A stretch of 64,000 nt of DNA from Hyalangium minutum (GTDB lineage: Bacteria; Myxococcota; Myxococcia; Myxococcales; Myxococcaceae): NCBI RefSeq assembly GCF_000737315.1, contig NZ_JMCB01000034.1, positions 62,001 through 126,000 on the forward strand. The letters are read 5' to 3'. This document shows, in pieces, positions 27,959 to 40,792 of the stretch. Made by a program: the position numbers and the translations under genes. The first letter of the stretch is position 1. Each line of letters opens with the position of its first letter. The notes beneath the pieces were generated by a model that saw nothing but the letters and a program-made list of their open reading frames with translations, made no database searches and was not told where the DNA came from.

Positions 27959-30505
27959 TCACGTCCCGATGCGCCGCAGGATGAGGATGGGCCCGTCGTC
28001 CAGCTTGCGGCCTCGCAAGTCGATTTCGCAGTCCAGCAACCAGTCGCCGTGGCCCTCGGGGTCCATGATGCGCTGCTGCACCTCCCACAGCCGCGTGCCC
28101 GTCTCCTTGAGAAACGTCAGGCCCGGCCGGCGCGCCGCCGGGGTGAGCACCACCACCTTGTGCTCCTCGAAGTACGGCGCCATCGCCTGCTCCAGCTTCG
28201 GCGCTGTCCACTCCCCCAGCGTCACGTCCAGCATCCCCAGCGCGTCCATGTAGCGCTTCTGCCCCAGCGCCCGGAGCAGCCGGTGCAGCTCCTCGCGCAC
28301 CCGGGCCGCGAACGCCTTCGGGTCCTCCGTCAGCTCCTTGGGCTTGAGCTCCACCACCGGCTTCGGCGTCAGCACCGCCTCCGGGTTGCGCATGCGCTCC
28401 CACTCGTCCAGCAGGCTCGAGTCCACCTGCCGCAGCGTGGCCCGCAGGTGGTCGATGAAGTCCTCCACCGTCTCGTCTTTGAAGCGCTCGGGCACCGTCT
28501 GCACCAGCGCCTTGTAGACGTCGCCCACGTAACGCAACAGCACGCCCTCACTGCGCTGCAGGCCGTACTCGCGCACGTAGTCGTGGAAAGACATGAAGCG
28601 CTCGAACATGTCCCGCACAATGGACTTGGGCCGGATGTTCTCCTGCCCCACCCAGGGGTGCTTCTTCGCGAACTCGTTGAATGTGGCGTAGATGAAGTCC
28701 CGGTTCGGCTTGGGCCACTCCAACTTCTCCAGCTCCTCCATCCGGTCGTCGTACTCCACGCCCTGCGCCTTCAGTTCCTGGACCTTCTCTCCCTTGAGCT
28801 GGTTGAGCTGCGCGTAGAGCACCACCTCCGGGTTCTCCAGGATGGACTCCACCAGCGTCACCACGTCCAGCGCGTACGTCTCCAGGGTGGGATCCAACTT
28901 CTCCAACGTGTCCAGCAGGTACAGCGACAGCGTGTGGTTCATCGAGAAGTCCCGCTGGAGATCCTCCGCCACCTTCACCACTGCGTGGCCCGGGTGCTTC
29001 TCCACGGTGACAATGCCCGCGCTGCGCAGCGTCCGGAAGTGGCTGGCCGCCGTCCTCAGGTGCTTGCGCTTCAGGTAGTCCGAGTCGTGCGTCCGCCCGA
29101 TGAGCTGCACCAGCCGCCGGTACCCGCCGCTGCCCTCCGTCATGTCGCTCTGAAGCAGGTTGAGCAGCAGTCCGTGGGTCACCTCGAAGCGCGACTCCAG
29201 CGGCTCGGGGATGCCGTTCTGCAGGCGCTCGAAGGTGCTCTTGTCGTAGTGGACGTAGCCCTTCTGCGGCGGCTTGGCCATGGGCGCCTTCTTCTTGCCC
29301 TCCGCCTCCTTCTTCTTCTGCTTGATGTTCTCGATGACGTGGTCCGGCGCCTGCGCCACCACGCTGCCCTGATCATCGAAGCCCTTGCGCCCCGCCCGGC
29401 CGGCGATCTGCTTGAAGTCGCGCACGCTCAGCGTGGCCAGCTTCTCGCCGTTGAACTTGAACAGCTGGGTGAAGAGCACCGTGCGGATGGGGATGTTCAC
29501 CCCCACGCCCAGCGTGTCCGTGCCGGAGATGACCTTCAGGTGCCCCGACTGCGCCAGCTTCTCCACCAGCAGCCGGTACTTGGGCAGCAGGCCCGCGTGG
29601 TGCATGCCCACCCCGTGGCGCAGGAAGCGCTGGAACTCCTTGCCGTACGGCGTGTCGAAGGGCGCGTCCATCAGCGCCTGCCGGATGGCCTCCTTCTCTT
29701 CCTTGGTGGAGAAGTCCACCGACATGAGGTTCTGCGCCTGCTCCGCCGCCGCCCGCTGCGAGAAGTTCACCAGGTAGATGGGGTACTTCTTCTGCGCCAC
29801 CAACTCCTGGATCGTCTCGTGGAGCGGTGTCTCTCGGTAGTCGAAGTCCAGCGGCACCGGGCGCTGCGAGCTGCGCACCGACACCACTTCCTTGCCGGTG
29901 AGATTGAGCAGACCCTCCTCGATGATGTGCGTGTCGCCCAGCGTGGCCGACATCATCAGGAACGTCGTCTGGGGCAGCGCCAGCAGCGGAATCTGCCACG
30001 CGGTGCCACGATCCTTGTCCGAGTAGTAGTGGAACTCGTCCATGACGACGTAGTCCACCCGGGCGCGTGAGTCCCTCATGGCCAGGTTGGCGAGGATCTC
30101 CGCCGTACAGCAGATGATGGGGGCCTCGCGGTTGATGCTGGCGTCGCCCGTGAGCATGCCCACGTTCTCCGGGCCGAACGCCTCGCAGAGCGCGAAGAAC
30201 TTCTCGTTCACCAGCGCCTTGATGGGGCAGGTGTAGAAGGAGACCTTGCCCTCAGCCATGGCCTTGAAGTGCAGCGCCGTGGCCACCAGCGACTTGCCCG
30301 AGCCCGTGGGCGTCTTGAGGAACAGGTGCTTGTCCGCCAGCAGTTCGAGGATGGCCTCCTCCTGCGCTGGGTAGAGCTCCAGGCCGTAGGAGGTCACGTA
30401 ACCGACGAAGCGGTTGAGGATCTCGTCGGAGCTCAGCGGCGGCGAGCCGCGGGGAGGAAGCAGGGCGGCCAGGGGAGCGCGTGTCTCGGGGGCGGGGGTA
30501 TCCAT
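27959..30505 (-). CDS. DEAD/DEAH-box SF2 helicase (Ski2-like, DUF3516-type C-terminus)
   Basis: TPTGSGKS, DEFH, SAT, TDTLGVGVN, QIAGRAGR motifs. Confidence 0.92.
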   Translation of the reverse strand: MDTPAPETRAPLAALLPPRGSPPLSSDEILNRFVGYVTSYGLELYPAQEEAILELLADKHLFLKTPTGSGKSLVATALHFKAMAEGKVSFYTCPIKALVNEKFFALCEAFGPENVGMLTGDASINREAPIICCTAEILANLAMRDSRARVDYVVMDEFHYYSDKDRGTAWQIPLLALPQTTFLMMSATLGDTHIIEEGLLNLTGKEVVSVRSSQRPVPLDFDYRETPLHETIQELVAQKKYPIYLVNFSQRAAAEQAQNLMSVDFSTKEEKEAIRQALMDAPFDTPYGKEFQRFLRHGVGMHHAGLLPKYRLLVEKLAQSGHLKVISGTDTLGVGVNIPIRTVLFTQLFKFNGEKLATLSVRDFKQIAGRAGRKGFDDQGSVVAQAPDHVIENIKQKKKEAEGKKKAPMAKPPQKGYVHYDKSTFERLQNGIPEPLESRFEVTHGLLLNLLQSDMTEGSGGYRRLVQLIGRTHDSDYLKRKHLRTAASHFRTLRSAGIVTVEKHPGHAVVKVAEDLQRDFSMNHTLSLYLLDTLEKLDPTLETYALDVVTLVESILENPEVVLYAQLNQLKGEKVQELKAQGVEYDDRMEELEKLEWPKPNRDFIYATFNEFAKKHPWVGQENIRPKSIVRDMFERFMSFHDYVREYGLQRSEGVLLRYVGDVYKALVQTVPERFKDETVEDFIDHLRATLRQVDSSLLDEWERMRNPEAVLTPKPVVELKPKELTEDPKAFAARVREELHRLLRALGQKRYMDALGMLDVTLGEWTAPKLEQAMAPYFEEHKVVVLTPAARRPGLTFLKETGTRLWEVQQRIMDPEGHGDWLLDCEIDLRGRKLDDGPILILRRIGT

Positions 30506-30590
30506 CGCAGAGATGGAATCTAGGCGGGCGAGCCCCGGGCTACCTGGAAAAAGCGCTCGCCCTGCCCCGCGCCTCTGGAAGAATGGTTGG

Positions 30591-31394
30591 ATGGCCAGCA
30601 TGCAAGGGAAGACCGTCATCATCACCGGGGCTTCGTCCGGGATTGGCGAGGAACTCGCCGTGGTGCTCGCTTCACGGGGCGCGAACGTGGTGCTCGCGGC
30701 CCGGCGGGAGGAGGAACTCGCCAAGGTGGCAAAGCGCTGCGAGGAGGCCGGAGGGCGTGCCCTCAGCGTGCCCACGGATGTGTCCGATCAGGAGGCGTGC
30801 CGCAAGCTGGTGGAACGCACGGTGGAGGCGTTCGGCAGCATCGACGTGCTGGTGAACAACGCCGGCGTGACGATGTGGGGGCGGCTCGAAGACGTGACGG
30901 ACCTGTCGATGTACGAGCGCATCATGCGGGTGAACTACCTAAGCGCCGTCTACTGCACCTACCACGCCCTGCCCCACCTCAAGGCGCGCAAGGGGATGGC
31001 GGTGGCCATCTCCTCGCTCACGGGGAAGACGGGCGTGCCTCAGCGCACGGCCTACGCGGCCAGCAAGCACGCCATGCAGGGCTTCTTCGACTCGTTGCGC
31101 GTGGAGTTGCTGGGCACGGGGGTGGACGTCCTGGTGGTGTCCCCGGGTTTCGTGGCCACCCCCATCCGCGACAATGCGCTGGGACCGGATGGAAAGCCGG
31201 TGGGGCGCAGCCGCAGGGACGAGAGCCAGGACACCATGGACGTGCACACCTGCGTGGCGCAGATCGTCCGCGCCATCGAGCGCCGCGACCGCGAGGTGGT
31301 GATGACGGCCAAGGGGAAAGTGGGCCTGTTCCTCAAGCTGGTGGCGCCCGGGTTCGTGGATCGGATGGCGTTGAAAGCCATGAAGACGAGGTGA
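30591..31394 (+). CDS. SDR-family oxidoreductase
   Basis: TGASSGIG, NNAG, YAASK. Confidence 0.93.
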   Translation: MASMQGKTVIITGASSGIGEELAVVLASRGANVVLAARREEELAKVAKRCEEAGGRALSVPTDVSDQEACRKLVERTVEAFGSIDVLVNNAGVTMWGRLEDVTDLSMYERIMRVNYLSAVYCTYHALPHLKARKGMAVAISSLTGKTGVPQRTAYAASKHAMQGFFDSLRVELLGTGVDVLVVSPGFVATPIRDNALGPDGKPVGRSRRDESQDTMDVHTCVAQIVRAIERRDREVVMTAKGKVGLFLKLVAPGFVDRMALKAMKTR

Positions 31395-31525
31395 GGATCG
31401 CCCGCAAGGGGGGCAAGCAGCGCTTCTGGCCTCCCTTTCATGGGCTGACGGGTTGCTCGCAGGACCCGGCGCGAGCAAGCCCAAGCTGTGCTAACTGAGA
31501 GCCCTTCTCTCGCGAGGACCACACC

Positions 31526-33154
31526 GTGAGCGCTTTCACCTACCAGGACATGCTGCCGCTGGGCGAGGACACCACCCCGTACCGACTGCTGACGAAGGAC
31601 CACGTCTCCACCTTCGAGGCCAACGGGAAGACCTTCCTCCAAGTGGCCCCCGAGGCGCTCACCCTGCTCACCCGCGAGGCGATGCGCGACATCGCCCACC
31701 TGCTGCGCCCCGGCCACCTGCAGCAGCTGGCCCACATCCTCAAGGACCCCGAGGCCACCTCCAACGACCGCTTCGTGGCCCTGGAGCTGCTGAAGAACGC
31801 CAACATCGCCGCGGGCCGCGTGCTGCCCTCCTGCCAGGACACCGGCACGGCGATCGTGATGGGCAAGAAAGGCCAGTACGTCCTCACCGGCGGCAATGAC
31901 GAGGAGGCCATCTCCCGGGGCGTCTTCGAGACGTACACCTCGACGAACCTGCGCTACTCGCAGCTGGCGCCGCTGGACATGTACAAGGAGGCCAACACCG
32001 GCAACAACCTCCCCGCCCAGATCGAGCTCTACGCAACCGACGGCGACGCCTACAAGTTCCTCTTCATGGCCAAGGGCGGCGGCTCGGCGAACAAGAGCTA
32101 CCTGTTCCAGGAGACCAAGGCACTGCTCAACCCGGACAGCCTGATGAAGTTCCTGGATCAGAAGATCCGCTCGCTGGGCACCGCCGCATGCCCGCCGTAC
32201 CACCTGGCCATCGTCGTGGGCGGAACCTCGGCCGAGTTCGCGCTCAAGACGGCCAAGTACGCCTCGGCCCGCTACTTGGACACGCTGCCCACCAGCGGCA
32301 ACAACCTGGGCCGCGGCTTCCGCGACGTGGAGCTGGAGGAGAAGGTGCACCAGCTCACGCGCCGCATGGGCATCGGCGCGCAGTTCGGCGGCAAGTACTT
32401 CTGCCATGACGTGCGCGTCATCCGCCTGCCCCGCCATGGCGCCAGCTGCCCGGTGGCCATCGCCGTGTCCTGCTCCGCGGATCGGCAGGCGGTGGGCAAG
32501 ATCACGAAGAGCGGCATCTACCTGGAGCAGCTCGAGACGGATCCGGCCAAGTACCTGCCGGAGACCACGGACACGCAGCTGGGCGGCGAGGTGGTGAAGA
32601 TCGATCTGAACCGGCCCATGTCGGACATCCGGGCCGAGCTCAGCCGCTACCCGACGAAGACGCGCCTGTCGCTGTCCGGGCCGGTGATTGTCGCGCGCGA
32701 CATTGCCCACGCGAAGCTCAAGGAGCGGTTGGATCGGGGCGAGGGCCTGCCGCAGTACCTGAAGGACTTCGCGGTGTACTACGCGGGTCCGGCGAAGACG
32801 CCGCAGGGCATGGCGTCGGGCAGCTTCGGTCCCACCACGGCTGGGCGCATGGACAGTTACGTGGACCTGTTCCAGTCGAACGGCGGCAGCCTGGTGATGC
32901 TGGCCAAGGGCAACCGCTCCAAGGCCGTCACCGAGGCGTGCAAGAAGCACGGCGGCTTCTACCTGGGCAGCATCGGCGGCCCCGCGGCCCGGCTGGCCCA
33001 GGACTGCATCAAGAAGGTGGAAGTGCTCGAGTACCCCGAGCTCGGCATGGAGGCTGTGTGGAAGATCGAGGTCGTGGACTTCCCCGCATTCATCGTCGTG
33101 GATGACAAGGGCAACGACTTCTTCGCCGAGCTGAACGTCTCCGCCAAGGACTGA
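31526..33154 (+). CDS. fumA: Class I (Fe-S) fumarate hydratase, full length
   Basis: [43 protein letters not shown]. Confidence 0.97.
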   Translation: MSAFTYQDMLPLGEDTTPYRLLTKDHVSTFEANGKTFLQVAPEALTLLTREAMRDIAHLLRPGHLQQLAHILKDPEATSNDRFVALELLKNANIAAGRVLPSCQDTGTAIVMGKKGQYVLTGGNDEEAISRGVFETYTSTNLRYSQLAPLDMYKEANTGNNLPAQIELYATDGDAYKFLFMAKGGGSANKSYLFQETKALLNPDSLMKFLDQKIRSLGTAACPPYHLAIVVGGTSAEFALKTAKYASARYLDTLPTSGNNLGRGFRDVELEEKVHQLTRRMGIGAQFGGKYFCHDVRVIRLPRHGASCPVAIAVSCSADRQAVGKITKSGIYLEQLETDPAKYLPETTDTQLGGEVVKIDLNRPMSDIRAELSRYPTKTRLSLSGPVIVARDIAHAKLKERLDRGEGLPQYLKDFAVYYAGPAKTPQGMASGSFGPTTAGRMDSYVDLFQSNGGSLVMLAKGNRSKAVTEACKKHGGFYLGSIGGPAARLAQDCIKKVEVLEYPELGMEAVWKIEVVDFPAFIVVDDKGNDFFAELNVSAKD

Positions 33155-33171
33155 GACTCCGATCTCAAGTG

Positions 33172-36100
33172 CTAGCGAGGGAGCGAATGCGCGTCCAACC
33201 ATTGCGAGACCTGCTTCGCATCGGAGGCGCGGCGCTGGCGGCTCCAGAACTCTCGGGCTTGAGAGGCCAGTTCCACGGCGCGCGGCCTCTCCCCTCCTCC
33301 ATCCCATAGCGCCCGGGCCAGCGGAAATTGGACTCGCGCTCGCCTCGCCACGGGCGCAACCGCCAGCGCCCGCTCCAGCCACGGCCGGGCCTCCACCGGG
33401 CTCCCCTCCGCGAGCAGGAGCTTGCCCATCCCCAGCAAGGGGCCGAACCGCTCTGGATGGTCTGGCGGCAGCACCTTCTCCTGCAGCTCGATGGCGCGCG
33501 TGTACTTCTCTCGCGCCTCCGCGCCGCGGCCGAGATCTCTCAGCGCATCTCCCACGCTGCTCAACGAGAGAGCCACATCCGGGTTGTCGGGCCCCAGGGC
33601 CTTCAGCCGCACGGCCAGGGCGCGTTCCCCCAGCTGCCTGGCTTCCTCATACCTCCCCATCATGTCCAGGAGGCTGCTGAGGTTCGCGAGCAGCGTGGCG
33701 ACGCGTGGGTGCTCGGCTCCGAGCATCTTCTCCCGGAGCATCAGCGCCCGGGTGTGCATCTGATGCGCCTCTTCGTAGCGCCCCAGCTCCCCGAGAGCGA
33801 GGCCCAGGCTGGCGAGCGAGATGGCCACGCTCGGGTGCTCCGGGCCCAGCACCTTCTCTCGGATCGCCAGCTCGCGCGCGAAGGCGGCTCGCGCCTCTTC
33901 GGATCGCCCCAGCTCCATGAGAGCGTTCCCCAGGATGTTGAGCGAGGAGGCCACGGCCCGGTGGTCGGGCCCCAGCAGCTTCTCCCGGATCGCCAGCCCT
34001 CGCACGAGGGGGGCTCGCGCCTCTTCAAATCGGCCCAGATTCAGGAGGGAGAGCCCCAGATTGTTGAGCGCAACGGCGACGTCCGGGTGCTCGGAGCCGA
34101 GCGCCTTTTCCTGGATCGCCAGCGCCCGCGCGGCGGCCGCGTGCGCTTCCTCGTACCGGCCCAGATCCCCGAGAACGAGCCCCAGGTTGTTGAGCGAGGA
34201 GGCCACGGCCGGGTGCTCGGGGCCCAGCGTCTTCTCTCGGAGCACGAGCCCACGGGCGAAGGCGGCGCGCGCCTCTTCATGGCGGCCCAGATCCCAGAGC
34301 TCCGCGCCCAGGCTGTTGAGCGCGGCCGCCACGCTCGGATGCTCGGGACCCAGCACCTTCTCCCGGATCGCCAGCACGCGCTCAGCCATCTGGCGCGCCT
34401 TCTCGTATTGGCCCTGCTTGCTGAACACGATGGCCAGATCGCTCAAGGAGCTGGCCACCTCCGGGTGCTCGGGGCCCAGCACCTTCTCCCTGAGCGCCAG
34501 CGCGGCCTCGCACTCTCGTAGGGCTTCGTCATACCGGCCCAGCTCGATCAGCACGAGGCCGAGATTGGTGAGCGCAGAGGCGCGGATCCGGTCATCATCC
34601 GCCAGATCCACGAACTGCTCCACCGTGGGCCGCAGCGACAGCGCCTCTTGCAGGCGCCCCATGTGATAGCCCACCACCGAGACCCGTGCGCTCCAAGCTC
34701 GGGCCAGCGTCGCCATGTCCTTGCCCCGCGCCGCCGCGGTCATCGTCTGATGGAGCCGCTCCTCCGCCCCCTTGTAGTCGCCCGCCTCGCTGCGCAGCTG
34801 GGCCGACAGCAACAACGTGCGCGCCAGCAACGGCGCGTACCCCACCGGCTCTACCTGCGGCACCAGCTCATCCGCTCGCGCCACTCCCTGCTTGAACTTG
34901 CCGGCCGCCAGCAGCACCTCCAGTCGGTCCACCTGCTCCTGCAACGCGTCGACTCTCGCGCGCACCGTGGGCTCTTCGGGCGGGGGCACCGCCGCCGTCA
35001 GCGCCTTGGCATCCATGCAGTACTCCAAAGGCGGCAGCGCCTGCACCGCCTGCACCGCCTTGCCCACCAACTCCTCATCCGGCGCCTGCGTCAGCAGCTC
35101 CGTCAGCGCTCTGAGCTGGCTGCGCCGCCTCTCCAGGCACATCTCCTCGCGCACCCACAAGCTCTCCGCTCTCGCCTCTCCCTCTCGACTCACTCCCAGG
35201 CACACCTCGGTGCGCTGCTTCACCCACCTCCCAGCGTACGCCTCCAGCCCCTTCACCACTCGCTCCGCCGTCTCCGGCGCGTACGGCAGACCTGTCGCCA
35301 CCAGCGCCTGCCTCACCTTCTGCTTCACTGCCTCGTCCCACACACCCGCAAGGTGATGCCCCAACCCGTCGCACGGCTGCTGCCGGTCCGCCCAGCCCCA
35401 CACCGCCAGCACACCCAACAACACCGTTACGCTCGTCACAGCCCCCTTCCTCACACGCTCGCGACTCTTCACCTCGGGGTCCGCCGACAGCGCCTTCAAC
35501 ACCTCTCCCATCGACGACGGACGGCGCTCCGGCTCGCTCTGCAAACCTCGCAGCACCGTGCGCGCCACCCACGCTGGCACCGCTGCTCCCTCCGGCACTC
35601 GCGCCTTCCCCGCTCGCTGCGCCTCCCTCAGCTCAGACACCGTCGCCGCCTCATACGGCACCCTTCCGTAAAGCCCCTCGTACAGCGATACGCAGAATGC
35701 ATACAGGTCGCTGCGCGCGTCTTCCCTCTTCCCTTGGAACTGCTCCTCCGCCATGTAGGCGGGTGTTCCCATCCACCTCTCCCCACCCCGCGTCAGCGGC
35801 GCTATCACTCCCGTGGCCGCTGGCAACGGCGACAGCCCTGGCTCCTCACTCTCGAGGGCCACGGGGCCCAGCCTCGCCAGCCCGAAGTCCGTCACTCGTG
35901 CGCGCCCATCCGCTCCCACCAGCACGTTGTCGGGCTTGAAGTCATGATGGATCAGCCCTGCCTCGTGCGCCGCCGCCAGCCCTCGTCCTGCCGCAAGGTA
36001 CTGCCTCAGCACCTCCTTCCACCCTCGGCCCTGCTGCCACTGGCGCAGCGTCTGCCCCTCCACGTGCTCCATCGCGATGAACAGCGTCCCGTCCTCCAGC

Positions 36101-36508
36101 CGCCCCGCGTCGTACACACCCACCACGTTCGAATGGCTCAGCCGTGCCATCGCCTGAGCCTCACGCAGGAAGCGGCCTTGCTCCTCGTCCACCCGCGCGT
36201 TGGCTCCGCTCCAGGCTCGCAGCAGCTTGAGCGCCACGCGCCGGTCCAGCCGTGCGTCGTACGCCGAGAGCACCACTCCCATGGAGCCCTGGCCCAGCTG
36301 CTTCAGCACCGTGTACCGGCCCAGCATCGTCTGCCCAGGTTGCGGCAGGGTGGGCGGCACGACCTCCTCCTCCGGCGCCTCGTACGGCCACGTGCCCACC
36401 CCCTCCTCCCGATCCCCTGGGGTGGAGTCCGGATCGCCACCCGCGGCCACCACCTCATCGCTGAGAGAGCCACCGCGTTCCTTCTCTGGCTGCTCGCCTT
36501 CGCTCATG
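33172..36508 (-). CDS. Ser/Thr protein kinase with TM segment and C-terminal TPR array
   Basis: GQGSMG, VALK, HHDFKPDN, DFG, GTPAYM; TM (VTVLLGVLAVWGW); nine 42-aa 'LGPEHPxVAxSL' TPR units. Confidence 0.93.
33420..34560 (-). repeat. Intragenic 126-bp (42-aa) TPR tandem repeats
   Basis: Nine units of REKxLGPEHPxVAxSLxxLG counted in the translation; boundaries approximate. Confidence 0.8.
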
Positions 36509-36552
36509 GCCCTCTCTCCGACCGCAAGCCGCAGCCGCAGGCTCACCCTCGC

Positions 36553-37914
<1,362 letters not shown>

Positions 37915-37993
37915 CGAAAACTACCACCCCAGGTCAACACAAGAGAACAGCCTCCACTCCAACAAGAAAGACTCAGAACCACTGAATTCACCT

Positions 37994-38027
37994 GCCTCGC
38001 TCGCTCGGCTGGAGCAGCGAGCGAGGC
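37994..38027 (-). terminator. Hairpin terminator after the RCC1 gene
   Basis: Perfect 12-bp stem GCCTCGCTCGCT (37994-38005) / AGCGAGCGAGGC (38016-38027), 18 nt past the RCC1 stop. Confidence 0.6.
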
Positions 38028-38045
38028 CCCCCCACTGTCGGAGCA

Positions 38046-40667
38046 TCACCCTCCGATAAGACCGACTCCACCACCGGGAGGAACGAAGATGCTCCCGTCG
38101 CCCGGCAGAGCCGTGACCTGCGTGGGGCTCGACCGGTTGGTGGTCGTCCCCTCTCCGAGCTGGCCGTAGCTGTTGTAGCCGCAGGACCGGACGATGGCGC
38201 CCTTGTCCAGCGCCATCGTGTGATGGTGGCCACCAGAAGAGAGGTCCACGATAGAGCTCAAGAGGGTCGCCGCCGGCGCCGTGCGGTTGGTGGTCGTCCC
38301 ATCACAGAGCTGGCCATAGGTGTTGTAGCCCCAGCCCGACACGGTCCCATCCCTCCTCAAGGCCAACGTGGAGTAGCTCCTCGCGACGATTGCGATGACA
38401 TCGCCGAGGCTCAGGACCTGCACCGGCGACGAGCGGTTGGTGGTCGTCCCGTCTCCGAGCTGGCCGTAGTAGTTGTAACCCCAGGCCCTCACCGTGCCGC
38501 TCGTGGCCAGCGCCATCGTGTGGTACATGCCCGCAGAGACAGCGGCGATGCTGGGGAGTCCGGGGACCTGCACCGGCGACAGGCAGTCGGTGGTCGCTCC
38601 GTTGCCCAGCTGGCCGTAGGAGTTGTAGCCCCAGGTCCACACAGTGCCGTCCGCCTTCAGTGCCACCGTGTGGTAGATGCCCGCAGCGATGGAGATCACA
38701 CCGTTGAGGCCAGGGACCTGCGTCGGCGAGGAGCGAGAGATGTTCGTTCCGTTTCCGAGCTGGCCGTAGCCGTTGTAGCCCCAGGTCCACACGGTGCCGT
38801 CTGCCTTGAGCGCCACCGTGTGGTAGCCTCCGGGGGAGACCGCGATGACGCCCTCCAACCCGGGCACGAGCTGCGGCGTGGGGCTGTTGGTGGTCGTCCC
38901 GTTGCCCAGCTGGCCGTAGCCGTTGTAGCCCCAGGTCCACACGGTGCCGTCATCCTTCAGCACGACCGTGTGGTGGGTGCCCACCTCCGCGTCGACGACG
39001 CCGCTCATCCCCGTCAGCAGTGCAGGCGTGAGCCTGTTGGTGGTCGTCCCGTCGCCCAGCTGGCCGTAGGAGTTGTAGCCCCAGGTCCACAGCGCCCCGC
39101 CCTTCCCCACGGCCACCGAGTGGGCAGTGCCGCCAGCCGTCGAGACGATCCCGCTGACCACGACGGCCACGGGCGAGAGGCGCTGGGAGACGGTCCCATC
39201 TCCCAGCTGGCCGTAGTAGTTGTAGCCCCAGCCAAACAGGGTGTGAGGGTTCGTCACGACCAGCTGGCGCTTCTGGGCCACTGTGTGAGTGGCACCCGCG
39301 CCGAACATCTTGACGCCGGTCATCCCCGGGACCTGCACCGGCGTGGCGGAAGTGGTGGTGCTCCCGATTCCCAGCTGTCCGTTGTAGTTGGAACCCCAGG
39401 CATACAAGGTGCCATCCTGCCGCTTGGCCACGGAGTGGAAGGCGCCGGCGGCGATCTCGACGGCTTGGGTGAGGCCCGACACCTGCACCGGGAAGACGCT
39501 GTCGACGGTGGTCCCATTTCCCAGCTGGCCGTAGGAGTTGGAGCCCCAGCTCCACGCGGTGCCGTCGCTCTTCACGCTGACCGTGTGGTAGTAGCCTCCG
39601 GAGAGGGAGCGGACGCCGCTGATGCCCGCCACCTGTACGGGCGTCAACCGGGTGAGGGTGGTCCCGTCCCCCAGCTGCCCGTTGGCGTTGGATCCCCAGG
39701 CCCAAGCGCTTCCGTCCTTCTTCACGGCCACCGTGTGGAGGTAACCCGCGGCGATGCCGAAGACGCCGCTGAGACCGGACACCTGCACGGGCGTCAGGCG
39801 GCTCGTGGTGGTCCCATCCCCGAGCTGGCCGTAGCCGTTGTAACCCCAGGCCCACACGGTCCCGTCCGCCTTCAGCGCCACCGTCCGAGCGTAGAAGGTC
39901 GCCACCGCGACGACGTCGGTCAGGCCGGGCACCTGCCTGGGCACCGCATGGAGCGTGGTGGTGCCATCTCCGAGCTGGCCGCTGGAGTTGTACCCCCAGG
40001 TCCACACGCTCCCATCCTCCGTCACCGCCGCCGAGTGCGTGTCCCCGGCCGACACGGAGACGACGTGGCTCACCCCCCTCACCCTCGTGGGAGAATTGCG
40101 CTGGGTCCTCTCGCCGTTGCCGAGCTGGCCATAGGTGTTGTAGCCCCACCCCCACACAGAGCCGTCCGACTTCACCTCCAGCGTGTGGTTGCCGCCGAGG
40201 CTCAGGCTGGGACAGAACTGGACGACGTTCCGGAACACCGTCTTGGGCAGGTTGTTGCAGTAGCTGCGATTGCCATTGCTGTCGATGATCATCGGGTAGG
40301 CCTTCACCTCGAAGCCGTGCACCCCGCAGCCCACCCCGGCCTCGCTGAAGAACCACTCCCCCGTCTCTCCCACGCGCTCGTCGACCGCATGCAGCGTGCC
40401 GTCGACGTAGTACTCGAGCTTCGCGGCATTGGCCCCATTGATGGCCGTCCAGGTTCCCGCGCCGGCCAGCTCGCCCTCGAAGGAGCTCACGCCTTCCAGC
40501 GAGAGGTCGTCGATGGCCGCCCCCGACGAGCACAGCGCCGACTCCTGGGTCCCCAGCGTCTCCTCCGGGCCGATCCCTCCCTCTTCGGGAGGAGCACCAC
40601 AAGCCGCCAGCAGCACCGAGGCCAATACCGCCAACACATCCGAACGCTTCAGGTCTCTCTTGAGCAT
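38046..40667 (-). CDS. RCC1/BLIP-II repeat lipoprotein with N-terminal Ig-like domain
   Basis: Lipobox LLAAC; 14 'WGxNxxGQLG' repeats; start set at ATG 40667. Confidence 0.9.
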   Translation of the reverse strand: MLKRDLKRSDVLAVLASVLLAACGAPPEEGGIGPEETLGTQESALCSSGAAIDDLSLEGVSSFEGELAGAGTWTAINGANAAKLEYYVDGTLHAVDERVGETGEWFFSEAGVGCGVHGFEVKAYPMIIDSNGNRSYCNNLPKTVFRNVVQFCPSLSLGGNHTLEVKSDGSVWGWGYNTYGQLGNGERTQRNSPTRVRGVSHVVSVSAGDTHSAAVTEDGSVWTWGYNSSGQLGDGTTTLHAVPRQVPGLTDVVAVATFYARTVALKADGTVWAWGYNGYGQLGDGTTTSRLTPVQVSGLSGVFGIAAGYLHTVAVKKDGSAWAWGSNANGQLGDGTTLTRLTPVQVAGISGVRSLSGGYYHTVSVKSDGTAWSWGSNSYGQLGNGTTVDSVFPVQVSGLTQAVEIAAGAFHSVAKRQDGTLYAWGSNYNGQLGIGSTTTSATPVQVPGMTGVKMFGAGATHTVAQKRQLVVTNPHTLFGWGYNYYGQLGDGTVSQRLSPVAVVVSGIVSTAGGTAHSVAVGKGGALWTWGYNSYGQLGDGTTTNRLTPALLTGMSGVVDAEVGTHHTVVLKDDGTVWTWGYNGYGQLGNGTTTNSPTPQLVPGLEGVIAVSPGGYHTVALKADGTVWTWGYNGYGQLGNGTNISRSSPTQVPGLNGVISIAAGIYHTVALKADGTVWTWGYNSYGQLGNGATTDCLSPVQVPGLPSIAAVSAGMYHTMALATSGTVRAWGYNYYGQLGDGTTTNRSSPVQVLSLGDVIAIVARSYSTLALRRDGTVSGWGYNTYGQLCDGTTTNRTAPAATLLSSIVDLSSGGHHHTMALDKGAIVRSCGYNSYGQLGEGTTTNRSSPTQVTALPGDGSIFVPPGGGVGLIGG
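38130..40200 (-). repeat. Intragenic ~150-bp RCC1 tandem repeats (14 units)
   Basis: Recurring plus-strand 'tggccgtag..gttgtagccccag' blocks, each matching one in-frame RCC1 blade. Confidence 0.85.
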
Positions 40668-40680
40668 GGTCTCTCCCCTC

Positions 40681-40696
40681 TGCACTCGCCACGCCA
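40681..40696 (-). promoter_or_regulatory. Candidate sigma54 -24/-12 promoter for the RCC1 gene
   Basis: Minus strand TGGCGTGGCGAGTGCA (GG-N10-GC). Caveat: predicted +1 is only ~3 nt from ATG 40667. Confidence 0.35.
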
Positions 40697-40792
40697 GCCG
40701 TGGCGGCCAACCATGGCTCCCTGCTTTTCCAGCGATTTCCTTGGGTTTCCTATTTACGGGTTTCGCCAGAGAGGGCCTCTGGCGGAGGCCCC

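Noticed and set aside
38130-40200. Regular ~150-bp repeats as a possible CRISPR array
   Set aside because: Repeats are degenerate, in frame and encode RCC1 blades; no unique spacers or cas genes.
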